A stretch of DNA of 64,000 nt from Mytilus edulis (GCF_963676685.1 NC_092348.1:64852001-64916000); one strand, 5' to 3'. Positions 1 to 12,100 are shown, numbered from the stretch's first letter. Notes: generated from the sequence alone by a model not told the origin. A program made the numbers and translations.

Positions 1-149
1 AATGAAAAAACAAATGAATCATGCTTATACATGTACAAAAGATTGAAATGATTATTCCTTGTACATGAATGAATTGTATCTTTTGTCATTGTAAATATAA
101 CATAAATTATAATACACAATAGTTGAACTGCTTGTAATGTTATTTTCAG

Positions 150-1020
150 ATATGAAGCTGCATTACAATCTGTTTTTGGTCCAGGTGTAACTACTCCATA
201 CTGGGACTCCACGTTAGATGAAGCTATGGGAAAACGACAAGCAAGGACAATTTTATTTTCAAACAAATATTTTGGGACACCTTTTGGCGAGGTTACCGAA
301 GGATTTTTTGCAAACTTACCTGGAGCTAAAATAAGACGTAATATCGGTGCGACTGCAAACCTCATTACTAAGAAAGCAGTTGTGCTTGTTCTATCAAGAA
401 AAAGGCATAGTCAGATTGTGCGAAGGGAAAAAATGAAGTATTTTTGGGAAGGCTATCACAACAGTGTACACCGTTGGGTAGATGGAAATATGGCAAGCGG
501 GTTGATTGCTGCATTCGATCCAATATTCTGGTGTCATCACGCGTATGTTGACTACGTCTGGGAATTATTTAGAAAACGCATTAGGAATGCCCCTAGAGAT
601 TATCCATTAGGTTTTCCAGAGCACCCTCCAGATGGTAAAATGAGGTTTAACAGTTACATATACCAACCAAATCCACCGATTACAAATCAACAAGGTTACA
701 GTAATAAATATGCACGTCTTCGACGATATGATCCCGCGCCATCATGCAAAAATCTCTGTTCAAATAGTGAAGATCTATATTGTAACAGAGAGAAAGATAT
801 ATGTGTATCTCTGGAAAGAGTAAGTGGAGAAACAATTGCACAAGATGTAATTGCCTTCCCGTTTTCTGCTTTTAGTGTGCCCCAAGGCCCAGATAATATA
901 ACATTACAAGGTATAAAACACGCTATACTACAAGAAATACCGGCTGGCACTCCTCTGAATTTGTTTGACGTAAATGATATCTCTCCTAACACTCGTGCTA
1001 TTTCTGTTTTCGACGTTTAA
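150..1020 (+). CDS. Tyrosinase-like gene T1, terminal exon only (CuB site, Cys-rich C-terminal motif); upstream exons lie outside the window
   Basis: Acceptor ttttcag at 143-149, then a|TAT GAA GCT GCA TTA (YEAALQSVFGPGVTTPYWDS). CuB motif YHNSVHRW...AAFDPIFWCHH and C-x3-C-x7-C-x6-C. Stop TAA ends at 1020. Paralogous to the T3/T4 last exons. Confidence 0.9.
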
Positions 1021-1264
1021 AATACTGTTATATTAATGTTATTTAACATTGGCACTTACTGCGTTTGTTTTCAATATGCCCATTGTTAACCTACATAAAC
1101 GAAAGTGTTATATATCTCTCCTAACACTCGTGCTATTTCTGTTTTCGACGTTTAATAACAGTTGTATTAATGTTATTCATCATTGGCACATGCTTAATTT
1201 ACCTTACTGCGTTTGTTTTCAATATTCCCATTGTTAACCTACTTAAAAAAGTGTTATTTATCTC
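977..1264 (+). repeat. Tandem duplication of the T1 stop-codon region (units 977-1111 and 1112-1264)
   Basis: atatctctcctaacactcgtgctatttctgttttcgacgtttaa occurs at both 977 and 1112. Confidence 0.85.
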
Positions 1265-1680
1265 ACCAAAGCTAGGTACTAGTAAACAAAGTTCTTAAAC
1301 TGAAATATTTTTTTCTGTTCCGTTAGTGATGGACGGGACTCATCTTTCCTTATGCCGGTGTCACACATTGGCGTATAGACCGGCGTGCACCAGACGTACA
1401 GAGATAATTTACAAAGTCCGTATACGTTAGTTGCACGCCAGAGGAACACTCAGCAATCGTTAAACGTTGAAATACAAAGATATACGCTTTGTGAACGCTA
1501 TAACTCCCGGAAATTTTTTTGCAGCTAATTTTTTTTTCATCCAGCTCAAGCGTTTGTCAAGCGTGTACCTCTTAGCTACACGCACGTAATACATACGCTA
1601 CACGATAGTGAATGTATGTCAGTATGATATGAGGTAAATGCCATTTAGACATCAAAACAACAACACAACAAGAAAGGACA

Positions 1681-2050
1681 ATAGTTATCAAAGGTATCAG
1701 GATGATAATTTAGTACACCAGACGCGCGTTTCGTCTACATAAGACTCATCAGTAACGATCAGATCAAAATATTTATAGAGCCAAATAAGTAGAAAGTTGA
1801 AGAGCATTGAAGATCCAAAATTCCAAAAAGTGGCGCCAAATACGGCTAAGGCAATCTATGCCTGGGATAAGAAAATCCTTAGTTTTTCGAAAAATTCAAA
1901 GTTTCGTAAACAGGAAATTTATAAAAATGACAACATTATTGATATTCATGTCAGCACCGAAGTGTTGACTACTTGGCTGCTGATACACTCGGGGACGAAA
2001 CTTCCACCAGCAGTGGCATCGACCCAGTGGTGTTAATAGTTATCAAAGGT
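1681..2050 (-). mobile_element. Retrozyme-type non-autonomous retroelement, one ~355-nt unit
   Basis: Terminal redundancy atagttatcaaaggt at 1681 and 2036 (period 355); hammerhead core on the minus strand; homologous to 56770-57178. Confidence 0.8.
1715..1757 (-). ncRNA. Minimal type-I hammerhead ribozyme (core intact, stem I weakened)
   Basis: Minus strand: ucguua-CUGAUGA-GUCU uaugu AGAC-GAAA-C gcgc GUC^-uggugu. Confidence 0.75.
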
Positions 2051-5000
2051 GACAACTGAGTCAATGATTAAACAAAAATTCTTAGTTCACATAATTGTTT
2101 TTGCCAAAACAATAAATGCAGATCAATTATGACTGAACCTGGTTCAACCTATCATTTCTTTTTCTAAAAATGTCCAGTATCAAGTCAGGAATATGGCAGT
2201 TGTTATCTAATAGGACATTTCTATAAACGTTTACGTTTATTTCTGTTGCAGTTAAGTGTTTCTGTGGATCCGTTTTTTTGGCTATTATAGTTGATGTGTT
2301 TCTCTCAATTTTAGTTTGTAACCCAGAATTATTTTCTCTTAATCGATTTATGAGTTTTTTTTTAACAGCGGTATACTACTGTTACTTTTAATTTAAAGGC
2401 ATCAGCAAAGTATTGTTTATCTGACTTATCTAGATAAAAATTAAAAGATATGGTACGGCTACAAATGAGATAACTTTCCATCAGTGAAAATCATCAATGC
2501 AAATAAAATGACGCAACGGAATGATAAAATGTGAAACCAATTAAAAGTGATAACCAAATGCCTGATTTGTGCAGGAAAATAAGTCAGATTAAGAATGATC
2601 TGATTTTCAATTATTGGTCAGAAGTATAACCACTTCAATGAGTGATTCGCCAAGGCTCATATCCCACTCAAGTTTTGGCTAAATCAGCGACCATTTGAGC
2701 CGCTAAAAATACAATCAATGTCTATTAAAGAATCTTACGGGGCAAGGATCGACTTTCCGAATTGATTTTCCTCTAAGTTCAGTATTTTTGTGATTTTACT
2801 TTTTAGGTGATGTTCTATTTTTGTAGATATCAAAAAGGGTGACTGACGGGCGGACATGTGGTAACTCTTGGCCTGCATCCCTCTGGAAGTAAAATATTTG
2901 CCAAAGACAGATCTCCAGTTAGTTATGCGAGATAAACAAGTACGCAGCCACGTCCGGTTAGAACGGGTGCACATTGAGAACCCTTGCAATAATTTTTTGA
3001 TGGATTCGATGCCTTCCATTTGCAAGGCAAAAGTTTTTGTACCTCTGCAATATACCGTCATTTCCAATGGAAGTCATTTTCCCCCCTGATTTTTATCCCG
3101 CACGGCCTCTGTCATAGAGCTTACCAATTGGATTTATTGTTAGTTTTTTATTGTCTTCAACATTCATGAACTATTTGCCATTAATCCTTATGCAATCAAT
3201 AATTTATCAATATGACCAGGTGACATGGCGAGAATTGAATTGTATTGAATGATTTCCACGTCCAGATAAACGCGAGTAGGTTTTGGATTGTCGTCTTGAA
3301 AAAAGGATGATTCGGCTTATCGACATGATGATAAAAAAGAATCGTTTCTATGGTATTTAGAATGTCATCTTGGTATTTTTGTCCATAAAGGGTACAGGCA
3401 ATAACCTGCATATTAATTCTAAAGTCATAAGAAAAACACATTCCAATACTGGTACACCACAAAAACCAAAAGCTATCGTACGAAGAATGTTATATTCTAG
3501 ATATGTGGGGTATCTTTTCCTACTAACACATGTTATGTCTTCGACAGGCTTCAGCAAGAAACTAATTATATCGAGCTGTTCAACATAAGAGAAATATTCA
3601 ATCTTGCTGACCGTGAAAGATTTCCGCCTTATCTTGGAGTATTTTTTTTGTAATCTTCCTTCTCGAGGTCAACCAACTGACTCAGTCTGTCATATAAACA
3701 AAGTGTGATTTATATCAAAATTGATATCTATAGCTAATTCAGTTGTAAAACCACGTTCTGAAATCAATTGGATTAAGCAACTTGACAGATAAAGCTCCGG
3801 AATTGTGATCAGATCCTTCTACATATGTGACACTCTCGTGTCGCTTTGGTCATGTTGGTAGCAATACACAGTTAGGAGTTTGGTTTCGCACTTTGATCCC
3901 GGTTGATTTTTCAGATATGACAGTTATTGTGCAATAAAATTCATTGTAGACGGCTGAGTACTAATTTAGCCTTCAAAGAGGGTTTATAAGAAAATCAAGA
4001 TTATTTTAACATGTTTTATGGGCTATTTTATGTTGGAATCTCCGTATCAGTTTTAGAAAAGGTGTTCCTTCAAGCGATTTAAATTCTACTTCTGGCAAAA
4101 TGTTGGGGAAATATGTGACATCTTCCCCCTCCTTTTAGCAATATTTTACAAATAAATGCAGATTGTTTCGATGGATATACCAAATAGAAAATCGTGTTTT
4201 ATCATTTTAAGTACTGGATATAACATCTACAGAATTACTGAATACATATATAAGGACATATATGAAACAAGCATTTAGCTTAATTTGGAAGAAAGCAATG
4301 AAAAGGAGATGGTAAAATCTATGAGAGTAAATTTCATTCCTAACTGTTTATTGCTACCTAATATAAGTACAAATCCGGTTATAATAGAAAACAGGGATAT
4401 CTAATCATGACACATAATTAGTACATGCGCAACAAAAGAAAATACAAATAAAATAAAGGAAAAGCGCTTTATTTTAAACACATTTATTTATATTTGGAAA
4501 CAAGTTATTGCAATTTATATTTACCCCTTTCCACGTTTTTGTTGCTGTTCTTCACTTGAAGTCACTGTGAGGCCGGCTTGAGCGGAATTCCTTGCAAAAC
4601 TAATTTTAATAGACTATGTAAGCTGTAAAACCACCTAATCGGTCCCGGTCACAGAAAAACATACAGGAAAGTATAACACATTTAAACCAAGATAGTTCCT
4701 ACGCGCAGGTGAAAATAATTCTAATTCAGAAGTTAATTATCAAGCAAAAGAAGTGCGTTACTGTTGTTGCAGAGAAGTAAAAATATCATAATTGGGAATT
4801 GAAAACATCTCTTTGGTCGTAACACTTTGTTATAAACGTATCCCATCGTCACTTCCTAGATGTAAGTCAAGATATGAGACGGACTAAACTGTATCTATTG
4901 TATCGGAATGTAATGTGTAAAACATGTTTGACTAACATACAAATACAAATACTTTAAAAAAAAGAATCTGTATATGTTAAGAAGTGTGTTATAGTACATT

Positions 5001-5898
5001 ATGCTATGTCTTTCTTCAACAAGCCCTTGCAGCTTCTCTTGACGATTAGCGTTTGGTTTGTTTGGTTGTGTATAAATTACACGATCAATGCAATCGTTGC
5101 CACGTCCACTAGAGGAACGTGATACAGTTGGTTCGTGTTCCCTAGAACAAAAAGTTTTAGTTGTTTTTTTGTACCTCAGAGCAATGCCATGCATTTGATT
5201 TTCTTACCATAGATCAGCTCGTACCAAATATTTAAGTAGTATAGCGTACCGTGTTACATTCTTTCATAGGTAAGCCAGATGGTTTTCTTTTGAATTTTAG
5301 GCATACATAAGTTTTGAAATAAAATTGAGAATAGAAACGGGAGATGTCTCTAAGAGACAACAAATCAATTAACGAGATGAAAACATCTCAAGTCGAACAA
5401 TGGGTATTCAACACAGTCCGAAAATTCGGCACCCAGAGGCAGACCTAAGCTGGCCCATAAAAAGAATGATTTTTTTATTAGAAAAAAATGAACATAAACT
5501 AAACTAAAATCATATTAATGAACAAAATAAAAAAAAAAAATATATATATAGGTAACAGATGATACTAGGCAAATGACAATGATCAACATAATTTAACAAA
5601 GTACCACTCAGTCTGTCCTAGAATTTACATTAAGATGGATATCATCATCTCATTGGTAGGTATTGTTTTTGAACATTTATTTGAAAAAGGAACGAACTAT
5701 ATCAGTGTAATACGTATATTGATTATCACTATACAATTCAGTTTTCGACATGATTACGATATGTAGCTTGTCAATGGATAGAGTGCGGGCAGGCAAGATC
5801 TGTACAATAAATGTAGTAGCGGGTAAACGACTCAATGGGATTACTGTTTTCTGGTTTTTTTTTAATGAATAGTCGCTGTAACACTACTGTATGAATTT

Positions 5899-6630
5899 TT
5901 ATTAACCAACTAAGTACATTATTGCCCAAAATGACTGGTTATTAAAAATAACATATTTTCTGTAATGGCCCTGTTTTTCTGTAATGGCCCTATTTTTTTC
6001 TGTAATGGCCCTGTTTTTTTCTGTAATGGCCCTGTTTTTCTGTAATGGCCCTGTTTTTCTGTAATGGCCCTGTTATTTCTGTAATGGCCCTGTTTTCTGT
6101 AATGGCCCTGTATTAATGCCCAGCTTGTCTGTATTAAGCCCAGTTAGGGTTTTTAATAAAGTTAATAAAATTAAGCTGTAAAGAGTATAATACCTTTTTG
6201 TATTTTATTTAATTTAGTAACCAGCAACATACATTAAAGAACCATATAAAGGGATCACTGTTCATCCTGTTTTTCAACACACAACTTCTTTCAACTCAAT
6301 ATCTTGGATATTTGGTATATCTAAAGCTTGATCATGGTGAAGCACAAATTATTTTTTTTTCAAACTAAACTGTCATTAAAAGAGTAAGAGAGTATATCAA
6401 GTTGGCAGCAACACATACACTTTTTTCAGTTGGTTAATAAATGTATTAAGAAATGGGTGTTTTATAATGGCCCTGTTATATGTCCTTGGTCAGTAATAAT
6501 GGCCTTGGATGTCTGTAATGGCCCTCGGCGTTGCCTCGGGCCATTACAGACTTCCTCGACCATTATTACAGACCTTGGACATATAACAGGGCCATTATAA
6601 AAATACCCATTCATTAATACTATAGTAATA
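5899..6630. mobile_element. Non-coding element with 13-bp inverted repeats, an internal tandem array and a ~180-nt terminal hairpin (class uncertain)
   Basis: ttattaaccaact at 5899 and agttggttaataa at 6428-6440; 8 copies of t(n)ctgtaatggccctg at 5956-6110; imperfect palindrome at 6443-6620. Confidence 0.6.
5956..6110. repeat. Tandem array, 8 units of 18-21 bp
   Basis: Repeated ttttctgtaatggccctg with a variable T run. Confidence 0.9.
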
Positions 6631-6838
6631 TACTTCATGGTGTCCCCAATTTTTTTAAAAACTTCTACTGCGGATTCATTAATATTCGTGGGATACCAAT
6701 TGTCGTTGATATCGTTGTTATAGATAAACCACGAATTTTATATTTTCTATAAGGTTGATTTAAGGGGACCCCATGAAGTCTTTTACAAATTCATACAGTA
6801 GTGTTACAGCGACTATTCATGAAAAAACCGGAAAACAG

Positions 6839-7183
6839 TTTTTACTTTTCTACATTGGCTAGAGGTATAGGGGGAGGGTTGAGATCTCACAAACATGTTT
6901 AACCCCGCCGCACGTTTGCGCCTGTCCCAAGTCAGGAGCCTCTGGCCTTTGTTAGTCTTGTATTATTTTAATTTTAGTTTCTTGTGTACAATTTGGAAAT
7001 TAGTATGGCGTTCATTATCACTGAACTAGTATATGTTTGTTATGGGGCCAACTGAAGGACGCCTCCGGGTGCGGGAATTTCTCGCTACTTTGAAGACCTG
7101 TTGGTGACCTTCTGCTGTTGTTTTTTCTATGGTCGGGTTGTAGTCTCTTTGGCACATTCCCCATTTCCATTCTCAATTTTATT
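6839..7183 (+). mobile_element. SINE-like repeat family A (3' end ...cccatttccattctcaatttt)
   Basis: Interrupts the right arm of the 5611-7430 inverted repeat. Partial copies at ~5318-5530(-), 10584-10677, 10975-11330(-), 21548-21717(-), 22050-22127 and 54030-54320. Confidence 0.75.
6857..6947 (+). ncRNA. Twister ribozyme-like fold, P5-permuted (repeat family A)
   Basis: P5 GGCUAGAGG/CCUCUGGCC; GGGG-GAGGG; U^AA-CCCC-GCC; P3 GCA/UGC; G-CCUG-UCCCAAGU-CAGG. Matches the twister consensus elements UAA, GCC, GUCCCAAG and GAGGG. Confidence 0.75.
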
Positions 7184-9186
7184 GTAAATTATGTTTATAA
7201 TCCCAATGAGTCGTTTACCCGCTACTACATTTATTGTACAGATCTTGCCTGTCCGCACTCTATCCATTGACAAGCTACATATCGTAATCTTGTCGAAAAC
7301 TAAATTGTATAGTGATAATAAATATACTTATTAAACAGATATAGTTCGTTCCTTTTTCAAATAAATGTTCAAAAACAATACCTTCCAATGAGATGATGAT
7401 ATCCATCTTACTGCCAATTCTAGGAAAGACCCTGCACAAACGACATTTTAAAGTAAATATTTTGTTAAGACAGGAACATTATTATGATTAAATAGTACCC
7501 AAATAAAATGACTCATTGTTACATGTATCAATCAGTCTGGTAATGATTGAATATGTTAATGTAGATCAGAATGTATAATAAGTAAAAACCACATGAAATA
7601 GTGGAAAATCTAAAACGTAAAAAAATAGATTTGGATAGGAAATACATTCACGACATAACCTTTAAACTTTTCCGAAAACATTTATGCAGTTTAGAAGATT
7701 AAGTAAGCCGGTACTCAACACTGTAATAACTTCGGCAATTTCAGTTTTGTTCATCCTTTTCTTAAATCATTTTTTTTTCAATATATATTGAAAAATTACT
7801 ACTGAATTACTTCAAAAAGAAACAAAATTATATATTATAGTGCCTAATATAGCAAGTCATGTGTTTTCATTGAAGTTCGTTTACCTCTACGTGGATAGCT
7901 AAGGCAATCAGTTGTGCATGGACATTTTGCAAACAATGTCTTTAATAAAAGTATCATGTTTGTGTTTCAGTGAACCTAACTGATGAGTTGATCATAGTAT
8001 CAAACAATACAACGACAGGCGTATTAGCATTTTAACATAATGTGGCGTATTATGATGTGGAAAATATTACTTTCGATAATTATATGTGTCGATCCTATCT
8101 ATTGACCTTTTTGTCTGCTTTCTATTCGTGTTAAGACGGAGACGACTGTTAATATCAGTTTAAACCTTAACGGACTGTTTTCTTCCCTTTTCAAGGGGTT
8201 CCACTGGCCACACGGTATGCTAGACTTAAGGCCAAGAAATGGCATGGTGTTTTTTTTTTTTTTATCGTTAAGGATGAAGATTTATACGTTATGCATAGAT
8301 ATACTTGTTTTTCTCTCGGTAATTTAGCCTTCAATCAATGCCTAGGTCAAGATCTAATGAAAAGATCATATAATCATATACTAGTATGAAAATTAAAACG
8401 ATGCTTTCAAATGAATTAATTTAATTTTTTGTTTCATATTTGTGTTTGTTTGTAGTTTTGTTATTAAATAAAATATTGAACATTTTTCTTTTTCTTTCAC
8501 AAGTGGATTATTGTCTCAATGGCAAAAATTTTATATCTACTTTTTTTTTTATATAGGAAGATTATTTTTAATAGTATTGCACGTAAACCTGAATGATAAA
8601 AACAGTTTTTGTTTTTCGGTAATACCCTTTAAATTATGACATTTTGATTGAACACTCTAAATGCAGTGCTCCAAATGAATATTGATTTCAACTTTTATCA
8701 GACCGGTCATTGACAGTTGAAATGTGTACAGAATTAGAGATACAAATTTATGTTACCAATACCGCCTCTCACAACACATAAAACTTATTATAATGTTTAA
8801 AAAACGGTTTAATAATTTTGCTCCCTTAATATTGGTTGATGAGATTTGTTTAATCTGCTTTTATGTAATAAAATAACAATTGTCTATAAAATAATTTTTT
8901 TTCCCTTCAAATTCTGCAAAGTTGTGAAATGTCAACAAATATATTCTTCATCAAAACTATAAAAAGAATCCTAATTATGGATTCTAGTATGCACCCCATT
9001 TAACTAGTCAATCAAAACAAGACATATACTAATGAATAAATGATAATTATTCATATGAAGGAAAGGAGTTGTGGTATGATTGCCAATGAAAGTTCACATA
9101 AAGTAGATGTAAGCAATGTGCATATTTCAACATTACTTTGCATTTAAAAGTCAACGTTCTGGGTTTTCCACAGCATAGGTAACAAG

Positions 9187-12100
9187 ATGCGTAACGACGA
9201 GACATTGGTAGGTATTACTAAGTTTTACCTACAATTTGTAATTTTACGAAGTGTGTCCTGGAATTTGATGCGACTGTCGTACAAGTGAGAGGTTTAGCGC
9301 TATAAAACCAGGTTTAATCTACCATTTTCTACATTTGAAAATGCCTGTACCAATCAGGAATATGACAGTTGTTGTCCATTCGTTTGATGTTTTTTATCAT
9401 TTGATTTTGTCATTTGATTAGGTACTTTCCGTTTTGAATTTTCCTCGGAGGTCAGTATTTTTGTGATTTTACTTTCTACTCTTGATTATAACATGTTGGC
9501 TAAATAGGGATTCAAAAAACGGATGATTCGAGCATAGCAGGAGACGCTAACTCTGTTAAGGCACCGATTTCGTACTTTATGGAGTTATGCGTATCCTTAG
9601 TTTTGTTTATTGCTTTAATTAGTCTTTCTTAATCGATTAACGAGATTTTAACAGCTGAAATCTGCCTAAGCCTCTGAATAAAAATATATGTTCTTAGAAT
9701 ACTTTGGGATAAATAGTTGTATACAAATCTGAAATGAATAAAAAGTTAAAGAAATTATTTTAATCGTTTGTATAATTAGGGGTTGACTATTAAGATGTTT
9801 TGCTCTTACCATCAATTGCATTTCTTTCATTATTCTAAGCTACCAGTTTGCGTTATGTATTTAAACTTTGTCTATCCTTATTTTATTGATTTTGTGTTTA
9901 CATTGTGTCATAGATCAAATTTATGTGTTCAGTAAATATTCACATGTGTTAATATGTCTTTTGGTTGAGGTAAGCCATTTCAATTGACATTTTATAGTGT
10001 TCTTTCTCGGTTTGGATGTTACACTATTGTTTCAGACAAGGGTGAAATTTTGTATCTATTAAAACATTCAAACTCGCTGCATTTGTTTGCACATTTCCTA
10101 AGTCAGGAATCTGATGTTCAGAAGTTGTCGTTTGTTTGATTTGGTTTATAAGGGTTTCTCGTTTCTCGTTTTTATATACCTTAAACCGTTTGTTTTTCCT
10201 GTTTGAATGGTCATTTGTGGGACCCTTTTTAGCTTGCTGTTCGGTATGAGCCAAGGCTCCGTGTTGGAGACCGTACATTGACTTATAATGGTTTTATATT
10301 ATTAATTGTGTGATGTGTGACTTTGATAGAGGGATGTCTAATTGGCACTTATTTCAAATCTTCTTAAATCTATAAGTTTTTATTGATTTACCTTGATGCA
10401 TGTGTATACATAATGTCATCACATTAAAAGTTTAACTTATATTTGAGCTAAGATATGATCACCCTCATTCAACCTCAAACGATTGCATCCTTATCCATGA
10501 TTTATCCTTTTTTTGTTTTCATATTATCCTGTTAACTATTCTAGATAGCGATAAACTTGAAATATTAAACATGATCCAATAGACATTGAAGACCCATTGG
10601 TGGCCTTCGGTTGTTGTCTGTTCTATGGTCGGGTTTTCGTCTCTTTGACACATTCCCCATTTCCATTCTCAATTTTAAGTTATTTCGCCCAAAATGTTAA
10701 ACATTCCTGATAAGAGGTTACGCCCTTGCAGGCCAATGTTTTAAAATATGATTTGATTTTGGTTATTAGTTTTGTTTGGCGACTCATATTGAAGCCCTGG
10801 AATGCCACGCAAAAAGATATTTTCAACTTGGACTCTTTTACGACTGTTTTTGTATAACTTCAAATCATTTTTTTAATTTAATGTTTTCTTTTTGAAAAGT
10901 CCAAAAGGTCTTATTAGATAGAATGAAATTGTAAGCATCATAAATAAAAAGCAAAAAACAAAACAAAACCAAAATCAAAAAGTGTAAAATTGAGAATGGA
11001 TATGAGGAATGTGCAAAAAAGAAAACAACCCGATCAAAAAGTAAAAAAAACAAACCAGCCGTAGTTCACTAATAGCTAATCAACACAGCGAGAAAATCCC
11101 GCACCAGAAGGCGGACTTCAGCTGGCTCCTAAACCAAAATATGTACTAGTTAATTAAAAATGGACGTCATACAAAACTCGAAAACATATAAATGAATTAG
11201 AATTGAAATATTGATACAAGACTAACAAAGGCTAGATGCTCCAGACTTGGGACATTCGGCATTCAACATGTTCTGTGAGATCTAAATCCTCCTTAAAATC
11301 TCTAGCCAATGCAGATAAAACAAACCCACAGAAATTCTTAGCTAAACTATAATATCAAATAAAGAAAGAAAAGACCAACACACAAAATTACCTAGCTGGA
11401 ACTCTTATAGGAATTTAGCCCTTGCACCTGTGTAAATCAAAATGATTGACAGATACGCGGATTCCTAGGGCTATATATTTGTCTGTTACTTATCGATTTA
11501 CAAGATTTGAATATTAATAAACTACAGTCCTCTTAATGCATTCAAATGATATTTTTTTTTCTGAAATTGATTAATTGCAATACGTGAAGAACTGTTTTTC
11601 AAACCGTACTTTCGTTAAATCTAATTCCAAATGCACTATTGATACTCAATCCAGTTTTTTTTAAATATGTACTGGTATACAAAGTTTATTAAAATACTGT
11701 GGATTCATTATCATTCGTTGAATACCAATTTTCGTGGATTTCGTGTGGACAGGGGAACCACGAATTTAAATGTTCAACGAATTACAAATTTTCGGAAAGA
11801 ATGTATGCAAACTTTGCCAAAACCACAACATTTATATCCACAAAATGCAAGTTTGAATAAATCCACGAAAATTGATACACACGAAAACAAATGAATCCAC
11901 AGTAGAAAATTCTACCTATTACAATTACCTGGACAAATATTTGTCTTTTTTATATACCTTACAGTTTGTTATTGTTATCATTTCCCATAATTTAGTTCAT
12001 TAACATGCTTTATCTATTTTTAGATCACTTTATTATTGACTTTGCTAATGATGGCTGTTCTCCCAAACATTATGACAGAGAATTTAACCCTTCAAATAAA

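Larger units (their letters stand above)
5611..7430. repeat. Long inverted repeat; arms 5611-5898 and 6787-7430 (right arm interrupted at ~6839-7197)
   Basis: For example gagtgcgggcaggcaagatctgtacaataaatgtagtagcgggtaaacgactc against its near-exact reverse complement at ~7208-7260. Confidence 0.85.

Noticed and set aside
696-992. Antisense ORFs over exons (also 12134, 37845, 39499, 41976, 51980)
   Set aside because: Shadows of real exons on the opposite strand; no independent motifs.
1352-1610. Possible PIF/Harbinger MITE starting gccggtgtcacac
   Set aside because: Only one terminus is visible; no matching TIR or TSD.
1975-2015. Hammerhead-like words (ctgata...gacgaaac) on the + strand, suggesting ribozymes in both polarities
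   Set aside because: The core is not CUGANGA and stem I cannot pair properly; it is better explained as the reverse complement of the retrozyme's internal structured domain.
6839-7183. Calling families A-C tRNA-derived SINEs
   Set aside because: No A/B-box tRNA head is visible in any copy here, although copies may be 5'-truncated; they are left as SINE-like.
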